A program made the translations under genes and the position numbers. From Lama guanicoe (taxonomy: Eukaryota), in assembly GCA_013239625.1 (NCBI GenBank), contig MU053352.1, positions 877,079 through 941,078 on the forward strand: a DNA stretch of 64,000 bases, in the 5' to 3' direction. The notes under the pieces were generated by a model. It worked only from the letters and a program-made list of their open reading frames with translations. It was not told the origin of the DNA and searched no databases. Of the stretch, positions 1-13,096 are shown piece after piece (the stretch's first letter is position 1; each line of letters starts with the position of its first letter).

Positions 1-183
1 CATCGGGTTGAAGGGCTTGGCGATGCGGTGCACGGTGGTGGAGTAGGAGGACACGGAGAAGGCGGCCACCAGGCACATCTGCTCCACTGAGCTGGTGCAG
101 TGCACCGCCTTGTCCAGCAGGTGGTGGTACTCCAGGTCCTCCGTCAGCCGCTGGAGCATGGACAGGGGCTCATTAAAGTTGAC
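1..183 (-). CDS. OSBP2: OSBP2 coding exon (~exon 8, truncated by window edge); start of the oxysterol-binding domain
   Basis: Acceptor cctgcccacag|GTC at 183, phase 0. Translates VNFNEPLSMLQRLTEDLEYHHLLDKAVHCTSSVEQMCLVAAFSVSSYSTTVHRIAKPFNPM, with the ORD motifs FNEPLSMLQR and KPFNP. Confidence 0.98.
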
Positions 184-1033
184 CTGTGGGCAGGCAGGAG
201 AGAGTCAGGTCAGGGTGTCTGGGTTGGGCGTCCGCTGCTCCCAGCACAACAGACCTGGGGTCAGTCCGCACAGTGCCCTCAGAGATGTCACCGCTCAGAC
301 CACCTTCACAGTGAGGCTCCTCTGGTGACCTCAAACCGCAGCCCCACTCCTCACCTGCCTCCGGGCCCTCACCACTGTCTGACCTGCTGGCGTCTTGCAG
401 ACTTTTATTACATTTCCTGTCAGTCTCCCTTCCTGGGATGTGAATGCCAGGAAGGCCAGGGTTTCTGGCTTATTTTGGCAGTGCGTCATAGGAATCAGTG
501 AACGAGTGAACAGATGAAGTGGGTCTTCCTCATATTGAGCTATTATGCAATTTTTCTATCCTGGTCACACAGTGAAACCAAGTCTGGCCTAGAACCCCCA
601 GCTCCCTCTCCATGGAGATGCCACTGTGGTCCAGCACCACGAGGATGCCAGCCCTGCCCTCAGCCCGGTGGTGACCTCGCTGGGGTAGGCACTTGGGGCA
701 GTGCCCAGCATGGAGGAGGGCCCACCTGGCCCCACACAGCCCAGTCCTGCTGCTCCCCCTCTGTGAGGCGGGAGGTGCTCTGCAGGTCCCTACGTCTGAT
801 CAGCACAGAACCCCTCCTGGCTCCTTCCCTCTGAGCCTGAGCCCTCAGCTCCAGGGGGATTTCGGCAGTGCCAATGAACATGATTCTGTAATGCATTCCG
901 TGCTCCTCAGGTGTCATTAAGAAGATGACACCCAGGGCTGCCTGTAATTCCCATGGGCCATTACTGCTGTCCACGCACAAGGAAAGCTCCACAGGACACC
1001 CACCCTGTCCCGGCACCCCGCTGCGCCCCCTAC

Positions 1034-1180
1034 CGGCATGGGGATCTTAGAGAGCTCCCGGCCGATGCAGTTCTTCATGATGCTCCAGAGGTTAAGGCTG
1101 TAGTTGGGCTTGTCAGGGATGCGGACACGCCTCTTGACTTTGGAGGGGCCCTTGGGGACAAGCGAGGCGCCATCCAGCAC
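1034..1180 (-). CDS. OSBP2: OSBP2 coding exon (~exon 7, 147 nt)
   Basis: ttctctggcag|GTG ... ATG CCG|gtaggg, phase 0/0. Translates [49 protein letters not shown], containing the ORD lid motif [10 protein letters not shown]. Confidence 0.98.
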
Positions 1181-1392
1181 CTGCCAGAGAAGCAGAGTGT
1201 GCCTGTCAGCAGAGGCCAGAGCATCTCCTCAGCCCCCTAGGCCTTGCCCTGGCTGTGACCTGGGTGCTGGCACGTGGCTGGGGGGAGAGGCAGACTCTTC
1301 CTGAGTTCAGATGAAGGCATCCAGGGTGAGGGGCCTGAACTCCCCAAGTGCCAACCTCCCCCTCGGCCCCTCTCAGGGTCCCCCCTCCTTAC

Positions 1393-1444
1393 ATTGTCTG
1401 ATGAGGTCCAGTCCACAGAGCCTGTGGTCCCACCCTCAGCTTTT
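1393..1444 (-). CDS. OSBP2: OSBP2 coding exon (~exon 6, 52 nt)
   Basis: tgtttgccacag|AAAAGCT ... GACAAT|gtaagg, phase 2/0. Translates (R)KAEGGTTGSVDWTSSDN and restores the frame between the flanking exons. Confidence 0.93.
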
Positions 1445-1887
1445 CTGTGGCAAACACAAGAGGGAAGGCAAGTTATTTACAAATCCTGAGGCCTCCCAGG
1501 GACCTATCCAGCCCTTGGTGAGGTCCGAAGGGCAGCCCACATCTCCAACAGGGGCTTCTCCGGTTCAGGACTCAGGTGGGGCTGAGGGACTCGGGTCAGC
1601 GATTTGGAGGGGCTCCCACCCACTGACAACAGCTGCTGCTGCTGTCCAGCAAAGTCCTCACCAGGGGCCCCTGCTCTGGAATGCTGACCCTGGACGCAGA
1701 GGAGCCAAGGGGTGGGCATCTTGGAGAGAGCCCCATGGAGCTCCGCGGGCCCCCTCTGCCACAGACAGACCCCACTGTGTCCCCTGTGCTGGTTTGATTC
1801 CTGCACTGGACTGAGGTTGGGAAGGGAAGGAAGCGGGTCAGGTGCATCTCTGTTTCCAGGAACACCTGTGGCGAGATGGGGGCCAGA

Positions 1888-1903
1888 GCAGCAGGGGGCG
1901 CTA
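1888..1903 (+). promoter_or_regulatory. Candidate CTCF site
   Basis: GCAGCAGGGGGCGCTA; one mismatch to CCAGCAGGGGGCGCTA. Confidence 0.55.
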
Positions 1904-2113
1904 TGGCTGTGGGTCAGAAGCTTGAGGGCCCAGGCAGGGTGCTCTATTTGGGCATTTTTGATTTAAGTAAGAACAGAACCAATCTAAGCAAAAACACCAT
2001 CTGAAGCAAGACTTAAAGAAAAAACCCTGAGTGCAAAGAAGACGAACAGGTGGGGCTGAGGACGGGCGGGAGAGGCTGACCCAGGAGGGGTTCCACCTCC
2101 TCTCAGAGCCCAC

Positions 2114-2231
2114 CTGTCCTCCTTGGCCTCGGTGATCACAGTGATGAAGGACGTGGAGTCTTCCATGGCGTCAAAGTACTCGGTATCTTCATCTTCCTCA
2201 CTGTCCTCGCCTTTGGTGGTTAGGAGGCTTC
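2114..2231 (-). CDS. OSBP2: OSBP2 coding exon (~exon 5, 118 nt) carrying the FFAT motif
   Basis: tgtgtctctag|GA ... GACAG|gtgggc, phase 1/2. Translates (G)SLLTTKGEDSEEDEDTEYFDAMEDSTSFITVITEAKED; EYFDAME with an acidic flank is a FFAT VAP-binding motif. Confidence 0.98.
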
Positions 2232-2717
2232 CTAGAGACACAAGGAACCACTGCCTCAGTTTGCGGCCTCAAAGATCGCGGCTGCCCGAGAGGGAAGCCC
2301 AGAGTCCGTGCCCTGTGTCCCCTCCCCACCTCAGTCACTCAGCTGGGGGGCCCAAGCTCACTTTCCTGGGACACACTTTTTTTCAACCCTCATGCTCAGA
2401 GCCTCTTTCCTTCTGGAAGCTTCCCTGATCTCTAAACATGCTGGTCAGTCTGGCCCAGCTTCCCTTTCTGACAGACCCCTTTCCCGGGGTACCTGTGACC
2501 TCGAGCCCAGGCAGCCCTGCCACAGAGGGGACAGTTGGGGTCGCCGAGGTTTGTGTCCTGGATACTGGGAGACTGCCTGTCTGGGGCTGTGGGGAGAACA
2601 AGCCACACGGGCAGCCAGTGTCAGCCAAGGTGAGCCCAGCCGTGGGCATGTGGAGGGGGTGGGTCCCGGGGGCTGTGTGCGGGGACGCCCGGGCAGAGGC
2701 CACCTGCGCCCGCTCAC

Positions 2718-2910
2718 CCTCGCTGAAGCTCTTGCTGGGGTTGGCGGCCCGGCCAGGGGCGCTGCGGAAGGCGCGCTCGAGGCTGTTGTGCTGCTTGGCC
2801 AGCTGCTCGATGGTCTCCTCCAGGTGGATGCGTTGCTCCTGCTCATACTGCAGGGCACGCTGCCATTTCCGGCTGTGCGTCTCTGCTAGTTCCAGGAAGT
2901 CCCTGCAGGC
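2718..2910 (-). CDS. OSBP2: OSBP2 coding exon (~exon 4, 193 nt), coiled-coil/dimerisation region
   Basis: cgccccccag|GCC ... GAGG|gtgagc, phase 0/1. Translates ACRDFLELAETHSRKWQRALQYEQEQRIHLEETIEQLAKQHNSLERAFRSAPGRAANPSKSFSE. Confidence 0.98.
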
Positions 2911-5449
2911 CTGGGGGGCGGGAGACTGTGAGCACAGGGCCGGGAGCACCGTCTCCCCTCCCCCTCCCCCTGCCAGGTGGGTCAGATACACCTGTGCTGC
3001 CCCCTTTGGCTTCCTCAGAGCCAGTCTGGCATCTGCCCTGGTGGGTGCCCCACACTCAGGACGCCCTTTGAGGGCACTGAACCCCAGTGTCACTGCCAGC
3101 AGCAGCTGGGGTGCTGGCTGTGGGTTCCTCACAGCTGGGGCCCAAGCGCTCAGCTGCCGTGCCCTCACCAGGGCTGGACCTGAGATTTGTCACGACCCCT
3201 GTCCCCACCGGAACCAACACACCCCTGGCAGCTCAGGCCAGACCCTGGCATTGGCACAGAAGGAAGGAAAGTCACCTTCTGCTATACTGCCTGGCTCAGA
3301 AGTAACAAACAGTTCTTGTCTGGCAGAGGAACTGGGACTGGAAGTTTCTACCAAGTTAACTCAAAGTCTGTATCATATAAACTCTGCTTTAAAGGTCCCC
3401 CTTCAAACTTGTGGCCTACTATGACATCCAGATTTTCAGCTGCCTGAGCACATGCCTTCACCAACCCGCTACCTCCTGCTGCTCCTCAGGCCTCTCCCAC
3501 ACCCCCCAAGGGAAGGCTCCGCCCCTGCTGGGTCAGGCCCCTTCTGACCCTTGCCTCCACTGCAGTCTCACCGGCCAGTTAGTTTCTCTAGTGACTATGC
3601 CTGTTTCTCTTCATCCCACGGAATCCCCCAAGCTCAGCAGCTGCTCCAGAGCATTTGCTGGATAACTCAACATCCTGCCAGAGTGGGGCACCTGCCTGGG
3701 CTTGGCTGGCTCTCCCACCCAACAGAAGCCAGGCCCTGGGAGCCGGTCTGGCTTAGTGGAAAGGGCCCCAGGCCGGGGCTCCAGAGGGCTGACTGCTCAG
3801 CTGGCCCCGGGCATGATGCTCCTTAACAGGCCCTCCCTGGGTGACTTCCTTGTGTCCCCCCATCTCACCCCCCAGCACCGTGCAGGGTGGGTGGGGCAGG
3901 TGCTCCCCCCTCCTCGCCGTCCTCAAGATATGGAAGCAGAGGCCCAAGGAAAACCAGCAAAGTGTAGTGGGAAAGGCATGGGCAGGCCAAGGTTCCCACG
4001 AGCCATCCAGCCGCTCTGAGCCCACGTCCCTCCATGAGCTGCCACAGTACTGCCCCCACAGACCGTGTCTCACAGGCACCCTGTCTCAGCTCACCCAGCA
4101 AAATCCTCAGAGGGAGGAGAGGGATTTTCCCTATTTGACAGACGAAGAAACCAAGGCTTAGTTCCCAGCAGCCCCACGAGGCTCTGGGGAGGAGACACAA
4201 TCAAGGGTCTCCTGCCCTCCCCGGGACATCTGGGTGCTGGTCCCTGTCCCCTCCCTGGCCACACCTAAGCCACCCTAACCCGCTTCTCCAGAAGGGTCAG
4301 GGATTTATGCTGACAGGTGTCCTGGCACATGTTGGGGGTTGGGGGAAGAAATCTCCTTATGCACTTAGCAGGCTCTGGAGGCGAGGAAGGCTGCATCCAG
4401 GGCCGTTGCAGGTCTGGGGCTATTTTGGGTCTACAGGGCTCGCCCACTGGTGCGGAGCTGCAGTCACTGGCTATCATGCAATTTGGGGACCCCCGAGGTG
4501 GGCCTTGGGAGACCCAGCTCCAAGCCTGGCTCTCCCACTCCACAGTTTGAGGCCTGGAGCCAAGCCTTCATTGTCCTGGGTCCCACAGTGGTTTCCAGCT
4601 TCACCCTGCATCCCTGCCCCTCCATCGCTGCAGACCTCAGGGTGGGGACCCTAACAGCAGACACAGTGACCACCCACCCCGGCGACCAGACTGGAAGGCA
4701 CCTCTGCTGGGTCAGCACCAGTGGGTTAAGAGGTGGCAGGGGTAGGAAGGCAGAGTATCCCTCTGGGTACCTCAGAATCGCCCCACACCCTTACAGGAGT
4801 CCCATAAGATGAGGGGACTGGGACCCCTACCCTATCCCACAGACAGTGAACAGAGCCTCTGAGGTCATACTGGGTCCTTAACCAGAGCTTGGTCCACTCC
4901 GAGCTGCTACTCCCAAGTGACCTCTGTCCATGTCATCGTTGCTTCCCCTGACCCTAAGCTCAGGCAGCCCCAGCACCCAGGCAGGTTAGTCTCGGCTCCT
5001 GCCACCTGTCCACTAACCAGGGTAGGAGCCCTAACAGCAGGGGCCCAGGCTCCTCTCCCTGGGAGAGCACTGGGCACTTCACTTCAGGGAAGCCCCTGGC
5101 CAGGTCCTCCTGTCCCCAGATACCAAGGCCCAGGGAGCAGGGGCTGCCAGGTCAACAAGGGGCAAGCAGGACAGGATCCCAGTCCACACAAGGCACGGTC
5201 CCCTTGCCTGCTCGCCCGCCTGCCTTGGGGAGAGGCTGCAGGGGCCCCCGCAGCGTCACACACGGAGCCTTATTACAGGCGAGACACGTGACCGGCACTT
5301 CACAGTGTTCCAGTCCTTATGGTCTGTGGGTGCCCTGCCTGCGCCTGCCCCACCCAACTGGCTCAGCGGCTGCACAAGGCCTCTCAGCTTCCTTAGTACT
5401 GCTTCATCACTCCCTGCTGACCAGTCACAGCTCCTGCAGGCATCTCTAT

Positions 5450-5680
5450 GACCATGAGTTTCAACACAACACAGACTTTGCTTTCATATAACACACAGCA
5501 TTTGAAACAAGGCTTGTAAATGAGCTACAAACAGTATAAAATAGCAGCCAAAAGTCATGGTAAAGAATTCCACAAACTCATGTCAGAGAGCCCTGTAGAC
5601 CATGTGGCCTCTGAGCTTCCTAGCAGCAAAAGCAAAGAAGGAAACACAATTGTAGTGCAAAGATGAACTAGGCTCCCTTC
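5450..5680 (+). mobile_element. Ancient LINE remnant (L4/RTE-X-like)
   Basis: AT-rich island in a GC-rich intron; ggcctctgagcttcctagcagcaaaagcaaa resembles L4 from memory. Confidence 0.35.
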
Positions 5681-8600
5681 CTCCTACCCTTGATATCTGT
5701 GAGCTCTAAATACCATAGAAACAACCGTTTTCTCTTTCTGCGGAAAAGGGGACTTTTGTTGTATTTTCTGGGGCAGCTGATGGCTTCTTACAGACCTGTC
5801 CCAGATCCTCTCCAGACTCATCACTGAGGCCCTGCCTTCCCCACTTCCCTCACAGTGCACTCCTGCTGTGGGTCAGGGCTGTCTGGGGCATTCTCACCAG
5901 CACTGAGGTAGCCGTTTGAACAGCATGACTAAGGAGAGAATGGTGGCTCAGGGAGGCCAAGGGACTTGCTCAAGGCCACAAGGCAGTGTGTGCAGGGCCA
6001 GGGTCCAGGTCCCCACAGACCCCCACCCTCAAGTCTCCCAGGGCATGGAACCAGTGCTGTCACTGGTTTTTTAAGCTGGATCCTTACTGCCATCTGGGTG
6101 CCCCTGGAGGCGGTGTGGGATCACGCAGCCTTCCTGGGGTGGAGCTAGGCTCTCAGAGACGCTCACTAACCAAGGATGTCGGGGAGTAACCCTGTTCAAG
6201 CAGGAGGACCTGGCCCTGCCTACCTCCCAGCACCATCCCTGCAGGTGAGGATGCTGCCCATGTGGCCTGGGCTGCCGGCCGCCAGCCTGAGTAACCTCCA
6301 CCTTGCTGCCACTGCAGGTCTGGCCAAAGTAGGGTAGCAGAGGGACAGGAATCAAATCCCCAGGACCGCAGGAACCTCATTTGGGCCACATGTGGCTGGA
6401 CTGGGCACAGGAAGATCAGACAGTGTACAAGTGGCCTGAAGACTGGGGCACAGTGGAAGCTGCTGTATCCTGCTTCCCAAGATTGAGGGGCTCACGTGGC
6501 TGGACCAGGGCCTTTTACACTGTCACTTGGTGCGGGGGGTGAGGGGGACATCTGTAGTCAATGAGCTGCCTGGTCACCCTGTGGGCTGTGGCGAACCCAC
6601 CTGCCCCCTCTGCCCTAAGGTGCCTACCTGGTGTCCATCTCCAGCTGCCCCGGTTTCCTCTGATGTTGCCAACCTTCAGGCCCCATCCCTGCCAGCCATG
6701 GAGGGAGCAGGCACTGGCCTGGCCCCGCCACTCTGGAATGCTGAGCTGGGCTGTGCACTGTGTGCTTGCTAAGCTGGATTAGGCCTGGGGCCCAGCGATG
6801 TGGGGGTGGCTGGGGGCGGCTCCCAGGGGCCCAGGGAGGGCCTGGCTGACCCGAGCGCTGGACACAGTCACATTTCCCCTGAGGCGTGGCCTCAGCTCTC
6901 AAGAGAACTCATGCCCGGCCCTGAGCAGGAGCAGAGCCTCAGGCCACCCCAAAGCCCTCGACCCACACCACACACACCAGGCCCTTCATGGCACTGCCTT
7001 GCTGCCCACCCTGAGGCAGGCAAATAACCTCCTGGGCGTTGGTGTCCTCGTGAGATGTACTGGGAGCTGAATGCCAGGACTCCTGCAGAGTCCTCCATTC
7101 TGGGACCCAGAGTGTGATCGTCCTCTGGACGGGAACAGGGTTCCAGTCTCAGCCTGGCCTCTTCCACCCCGAGGGCTGTTGAGAGGGTCCCTGAGATGGA
7201 AGAGGTGCGTGATCCTGAGGGCAGAGCAGCTTTGCCTCTGTGGGGAAGGCGGGGAGCCTGTTGACGTGGCCAAAGCAAAGTGAGAACTGAAAAGCCCAGG
7301 AGGAAAAAGGCGGCCTGGCCACCCCTCACTGGGCTGGGCCGCCCACTAGGGACTCGCTCTTCCCAGAAGCCTGGCCTGTGAGGGCTGCCCCCCAGGGGAG
7401 CGCACTGGGGCCAAGCTGTGTGAGTGCCAAGGGGTGTGGCTGCTGGTCACCCTGACAGGTGTCACACAGACAGACACAGAGCATGTCTGAGCTGGAAACC
7501 TTGTCCAGCTGTGCCCAGGAGGAAGGAGGACAGACTAATCGCTTTTGCGGGTCCTGATCCTAATCCCGAATGACCTTGCCACTCCCCAAACATGGGTGGG
7601 CAAGCTGGGCTACCGTCAGTGGCCTGGGTCTCATGCCTGCTGTGTGTGTGGCCCGGGAAGCCTCTCGAGCTCTGGAAGGGTCTGCAGGGCCAGGACCTGG
7701 CTCAGGCCCGGCCTTCAGTGGCGGCTTGGAAATCATCAACCTCCTGCAGTATCACTGCCGTCTGTGCCGGGGCCATGAGAACGGTGCCAGGGAGCCACAG
7801 AGGAGGGGAGGGGGTACCACATGCCTAATGCCTGGTGGTTCCAGGCTGGGCAGGCACCCTGGGCCAACAGGACCAGCTAGGTGACTGGCTCTGTCTCTAG
7901 CCGTTAGCACATGGCAGGTTCCGGGGCCCCAACCAGCTGGGACCTGCTGGGTGGCTGACGGGTCACGTGACTGGCCTGCAGCTGTTCTTGGGCTTCAGGG
8001 CTCCAGGTTGGTGGGTGGCTGAGGCTGCCCCACCATCTACCCCCTACACCGAGCCTCACGTGGCCAGCATCACTGTGGACCCGCCTAACACTAGCCTGTG
8101 GTGCTAAAGGTGGCGAATAGGAGAAAATCGTGCAGAGTCCTGGTTCCCTGAGCCCCTCTGCCTTGCCAGCAGCTCACACCGGGGACACACTGGGGTCTCT
8201 CCTTCCCCTCCCTCCAAGGAGCAGAAGGCTGGCCTGACAGCAGGAAGGGGCTGAGATTCAGGCCTGGCTCAGAGGCAGCCGGACTGGAAGAAGCACGTGC
8301 ACTTCAGCACCCCCCAGGGCCCCGAGCTGGGCCCCCAGGAGCTGTGATGAGGGTGCAGGGCCCTCCAGCCCAGCCGCCGTGCTGCAGCCCCACCACCCGC
8401 TCGCCCGCCCCTTGAGGTTGGGCAGCTCCAGGGCCAGGCCCCCTCCTCCCAAGGCCCTCAGCACAGGCTGCTGGCACCCAGGGGCCAACCCTTCCCAGAC
8501 ACTGAGGGGACGGTCACAGCTTCTCCTTGATGTGACTCACGGCAGTGGGGAGGCAGCTTCGCACTTCAGTTCAAACTTGAAAATAGCCCTTTCCACGTTC

Positions 8601-11600
8601 AAAATAGTTTACCCCTTGTGCACAGGAACTGGCACCATCTGGCCACCCGTTTGCCAACTGATTTTAGACAGTTCTGGAGTCTATTTTTACCCATCTCCCC
8701 AGGCCCCAAATGAGCAAGCTGTCAGGAGCAGAACAGTGGTCAGCTGGACCGGAGCCTGTCCGTGGGGCCCAGGAGCATGAGGGAAGGCACCTCTGGGGCC
8801 TCTGGCTGCTGCTTCACTGGGGTGGGTGCGAGGAGCCCAATATGTCCTCCAAGCGGGGCTCAGAGAAGCCTCCGAGCATTTCCAGCGGTAACGGCCCTTG
8901 TTTCTAGGATGACCCGGCCTTCGTTTCTATTATGCCCCAAATCTGAGGCCTTAGCCAAGTGCCCTGAGGTACTGTCTCTACATACCAGCCCCACCTGGCT
9001 CTACCTGCCCCCACCTCTCCTCACCTGCCTGTCCCCAAGGCCTCTACCCTCCCCGTGCTGCACTGTGCTCCTGCGGCTCCTCCCACCAGAGCTGGAGCCA
9101 ACTTCCTGAGTCCAGCGGTGCTGGGCCCACGTCCAGCACAGCTTCCCCACCCTTGCTGTCAGGATCTGCACCCCATCCCACCAGCCAGCTCTCCCGCCAG
9201 CACCAGGTGTGTCCCTCCTGTGCTGCTGTCCTTTTTGGCAAACTGAGGGACCCAGAGTGCAGGGTCTGTATCATCACGCCCTTTGAGCTGAGCCTGGTGG
9301 GTGCGACCTTGTTGGCCACTCCCCCCAGCTTTCTGCAGCTCCAGTGTGGGGGCTGAGTCAGGAGGGGCCTGAAGAGCAGTGGCAGGGAGCAAGCCCCCAG
9401 GCTGCCAGCCCAACGACTGGCTCAGCACCTTCACACTGGGACTGCGGCTCCCTCGGCCCCAGGCAGGGCTGAGAGGAGGAGGCCCTGTGAGCAGTGGGAT
9501 TAGGACCTGGGGGCTCAGCAGGTGGGGAAGCAGGCCTGCGTGGAAGTCACAGAAGCAGCCCTTTCCCACCAGGCTCCCTGCTGGCTGACGGACAGAACCT
9601 GCTTCCACCGGCCGGGGTGGGGCACGTGCAGCCCACTCACCAGGGCAGGTTCGCCTCGAAACAATCGTCGCAATACCGTGGGGTCTTCTGCCTGCCATGG
9701 GGCCAGGATGCAGGGCCCAAGGCCAACCCGTAGGGGAGCCCAGGTTACCCAGGAGAGATTACCCAGGTGTGCTGGGTCTGGCAACAGGTGATGCAGTCCT
9801 GGCCCTTCTGCACAGATCCCAAGGCCAGCAGTGGGGACAGCCCAAGGGCCAACGGCTGTGACCCCATGTGCTTATGCAGGGGCCAGGCCTGCTACCCTTG
9901 GGCAAGATGACTGCTCTGGGCCTCAGAATGGCACCTGAATAATATAAACGATGGTGACAAGCTGTAATGACCCCAACCTCACGTGGCCATCGTGAGGAAC
10001 AAAGAAGTGGCAGAAACTGGGGCAGGCGTTTGTGGTCATAGTGCTAGCATCCCAGAGGCCCACCCTCCAAACCAGGGCTTCAAATTCTGCTTCACCACAA
10101 AGATAAACTCACAGGAAAGGGGAATAAAACAGGAGTTCATCCTTTTCGCTTTATGGAAACAAATAATCAAACATGAACTAGTAACGTGAGTTATTAGCTC
10201 AGCCGTTCTCCACATTAAACCTCAGGGCAGATCTAGTGCTGTACCACCAGCGCCTGGTTCTTGGGGATGGGCGCAGTTCCTGGGGGGCCCTGTGCACGGC
10301 GTGCAGAGCTGCAAGGCTCAGTGCAGGAACCACAGTCGTTCTTGTGCTGTGGGTTTCCTTCTAAATGGCAGCAAATGCACAGCTACCCGGACAGAGATCC
10401 AAGTGTGGAACTGCTGGGCTGCCCGTGATCAAACTCACAAAATCACCCACTGGGGAATTCTGCCAGACACTAAGCGACTCATTCAGTCGCTCCTGTGTTC
10501 CTTCGCAATCTTCTCTCTCTCTCTCTTGTTCAATGAAGCTCTGTGGATGCCAGGCACCAGGCCAAGCACAGAAGCGTCAGGCTACCAGGATTGCGGTGCC
10601 CTGCCCAACAGGGAGGACGGCCTAATGCCATGGCAGAAAAGCCCAGGAGACATGAGGACCCGTGGACAGGGCGACAGTCAGCAGAGCTGGGGCAGGGAGT
10701 GGGGCAGCGGGGGGCTGGGGTGTGGTTAGAGAGTGGGCAGACAAGGCTTCCTGACCCCCCCTCCCCCCAGCCTCTTTCCAATGGGCACTAAGCATCCTAT
10801 GGTACTAATGAGGCTGTGGGGTGGGGGGCAGGCTGGGAAGGTGGTCCTGGGGTGGGGGATGGGCTCCCTGGGGATTGGGGGCTGGAGCTGCAGGGGTTGC
10901 TTAGTTACAGCTCCCTGGTCCACCTCCTCCTCATGGCAGAGGTGGCCCTTCTGCACACGGTGGGGTCTGGGTGCTTGCTGTCTCACAGCTCTGTGAGCTG
11001 CCTTCCCAGAACCGAGTTGGCTCCTCGCAGGTGAGGAGTAGCTGTCAGGAAGGGGCCCTGTAAGAAACGTGGGCCTGTGCACTAGCCCAGGCTGCTAGCA
11101 CAGCCTTGGGGGCCAGCACCTCATTTCTGTGCTCCCCATAGAGGTGGACGTGGCGAGGCTCTCACGTTAGGTTCACGCGAGCAGGTGGGCAGAGCTGGGC
11201 CCTGGGAGCAGGCACCATCGCTCAGGTCCAACCCTCCTGGTGCCAGAGTTGCAAACAGGCTTCCTCATCAACCCCAGGGGCCTGCCCATCAAACAATTCA
11301 TCATGACCTGCCTCTGTTGCCTGATAAAATACTGTTGTGAGAGGTGCCAGCTGAGAAGCTCATCACCTGGGAAAAGCTCAAACTGCTTAGAGAGACGTGG
11401 CTTTGGCCTGGGCAGACAGGGAGGCAGTGCCAGGGGGCAGGGGGACACAAACGCATCATTACGCCATGAAATGCCTGACGTCAGTGCCTGTCCCATGAAG
11501 AAGTGCAGTGATGAAGGCCCCCAGAGTCTGGGGACTGTAAGGAGGCCAGTGGGCTGAGCAGGTGGACAGAGGAAGACAAGAGAGCAGACCAACAATGGAG

Positions 11601-12842
11601 CCAAATCACGGGGTGGCTGCAGAGCTGTGGTCCAGCAGCCCCTCAGCAGGCGGGCACCAGCTGCACTCCCCAAGTGCTGGGGACAAAGGTCCACCTGTGT
11701 GACCACCTGTGCATGTTTCCCTGTAGTCTGGGAAGCAGGTGCCCCTCTCCTGCACCCCAGCAGCTTCAGGCCCAAGCCTGTCTGTGGCGGGAGTGGTCCA
11801 CGCCCCTCAACACCCCCCAAAATCATGCTGCCCCCACAGTCCCAGTGAAGAAGGATTGGGGCAAGTCTCCCACACCCAGGATTTCATCTGAGGGTCTCGC
11901 TCAGGCTCCAGCCTCCACCTTCCCACCCTGCCCCCAGGTTTCCTGGTGTTGGGCGTAGAGCCTGGTCCCAACTCCTGACCCTGCTCTGGTCTGAACCCCT
12001 TGCTTCAGAGGCTGGGTCCCCAAGCTGGAGCTCACCTGGGCACCAGTACAGTCTGCCTGTACCATGTTTTCTGGACCTGGGCTGCCTCCTCTGTATTGGC
12101 CTCCATCTCCCCACACCTCCCCACTTTGGCCCCCGGGTCCGAACATGCCATCCAGAGCCCAAATGTGCCCCTCCCGGGGGCTGCCCTGGGGAGGAGGCCA
12201 TCGCAGTCAGACCTCTGTCTGCTGTGGGAGGCCTGGAGGAGCACAGGTGCCTCTGGGAAACACTGGGCAGAAAGAGGAAGGGCCTGCAAGTGTTATCGGG
12301 CACTGTGCTCTCTGCCGCCACGGAGAGACCCTCCCCATTCCAGAACCCTGTGGAAAGAGGTGACTCCTGGGGCTGAAACCCCCGAATTCAGCTACTATCA
12401 GGTGGGCACGGCCGCAGCAGGCGCAGCTCGAAAGCTCTTCTGACTGAGCGGCCCCTGACACCAGCACCCCCACGTGCCCGTCCCCACGGTTACAGGTCCT
12501 GACCCTGCTGCGTCTTGGCGGCAAATGTATTTGGGGAAGGAGCGGCGGCAGCTGCTGTGGGATGGCACGGCTGTGGTGTCCCTGCTGTGGGCACAGAGCC
12601 ATCCGCTCAAGCTGGGGCCTCAGCCTTCCTCACCCAGGCCCGCAGGCCTCAGCTGGATCCCACACCCCACCCTGGTTTCCACCTGACGATTAAAAACTCT
12701 CCTTGCCCATCGACACCACGTGGCTGAAGTGACACAGGATGGGGAGTGTGAGAGGGAGCCCTGGTCTGTCCAGCACCCCGGCCACCCGCTCGGGGACCGA
12801 GGTGCCGTGGTGACCCTGGGCCAGGACGTAGGCGACACTCAC

Positions 12843-13096
12843 GTTGATCATAGCATTGGATGTGATGCGGAAGAGGGTGGCCCGCTCGTTCACCGCCTTC
12901 AGCTTCTCGCTGCTCTCGTAGGGGGTCCGGAGCCCGTCCAGCTCACTCAGGGAGCGCTGCAGCGCTGCGCCGTGCTTGGCCACCAGCTCATTGCATGTGC
13001 TGAGGTCGTCCAGCTTCAGGGAGAGGTTCCGGACGGTGTCGTGTAGCTCGGTCCTGTCCGTCGGGGAGGCAGTGTCGTCGTCGTCCCCAGAGTCAT
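12843..13096 (-). CDS. OSBP2: OSBP2 coding exon (~exon 3, 254 nt)
   Basis: gtctctccacag|AT GAC ... ATC AAC|gtgagt, phase 1/0. Translates (D)DSGDDDDTASPTDRTELHDTVRNLSLKLDDLSTCNELVAKHGAALQRSLSELDGLRTPYESSEKLKAVNERATLFRITSNAMIN. Confidence 0.98.

Noticed and set aside
2383..3168. 261-aa minus-strand ORF as a single-exon gene
   Set aside because: Only 2718-2910 is OSBP2-like and bounded by splice sites; the rest is intron read-through.
2438..3424. 328-aa plus-strand ORF, the longest in the window
   Set aside because: It is the antisense shadow of GC-rich OSBP2 exon 4 plus intron, with no recognisable domain; stop codons are scarce in GC-rich DNA.
10810..10900. G-run cluster with G-quadruplex potential
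   Set aside because: Similar G-runs are ubiquitous in this GC-rich region and nothing singles this one out.
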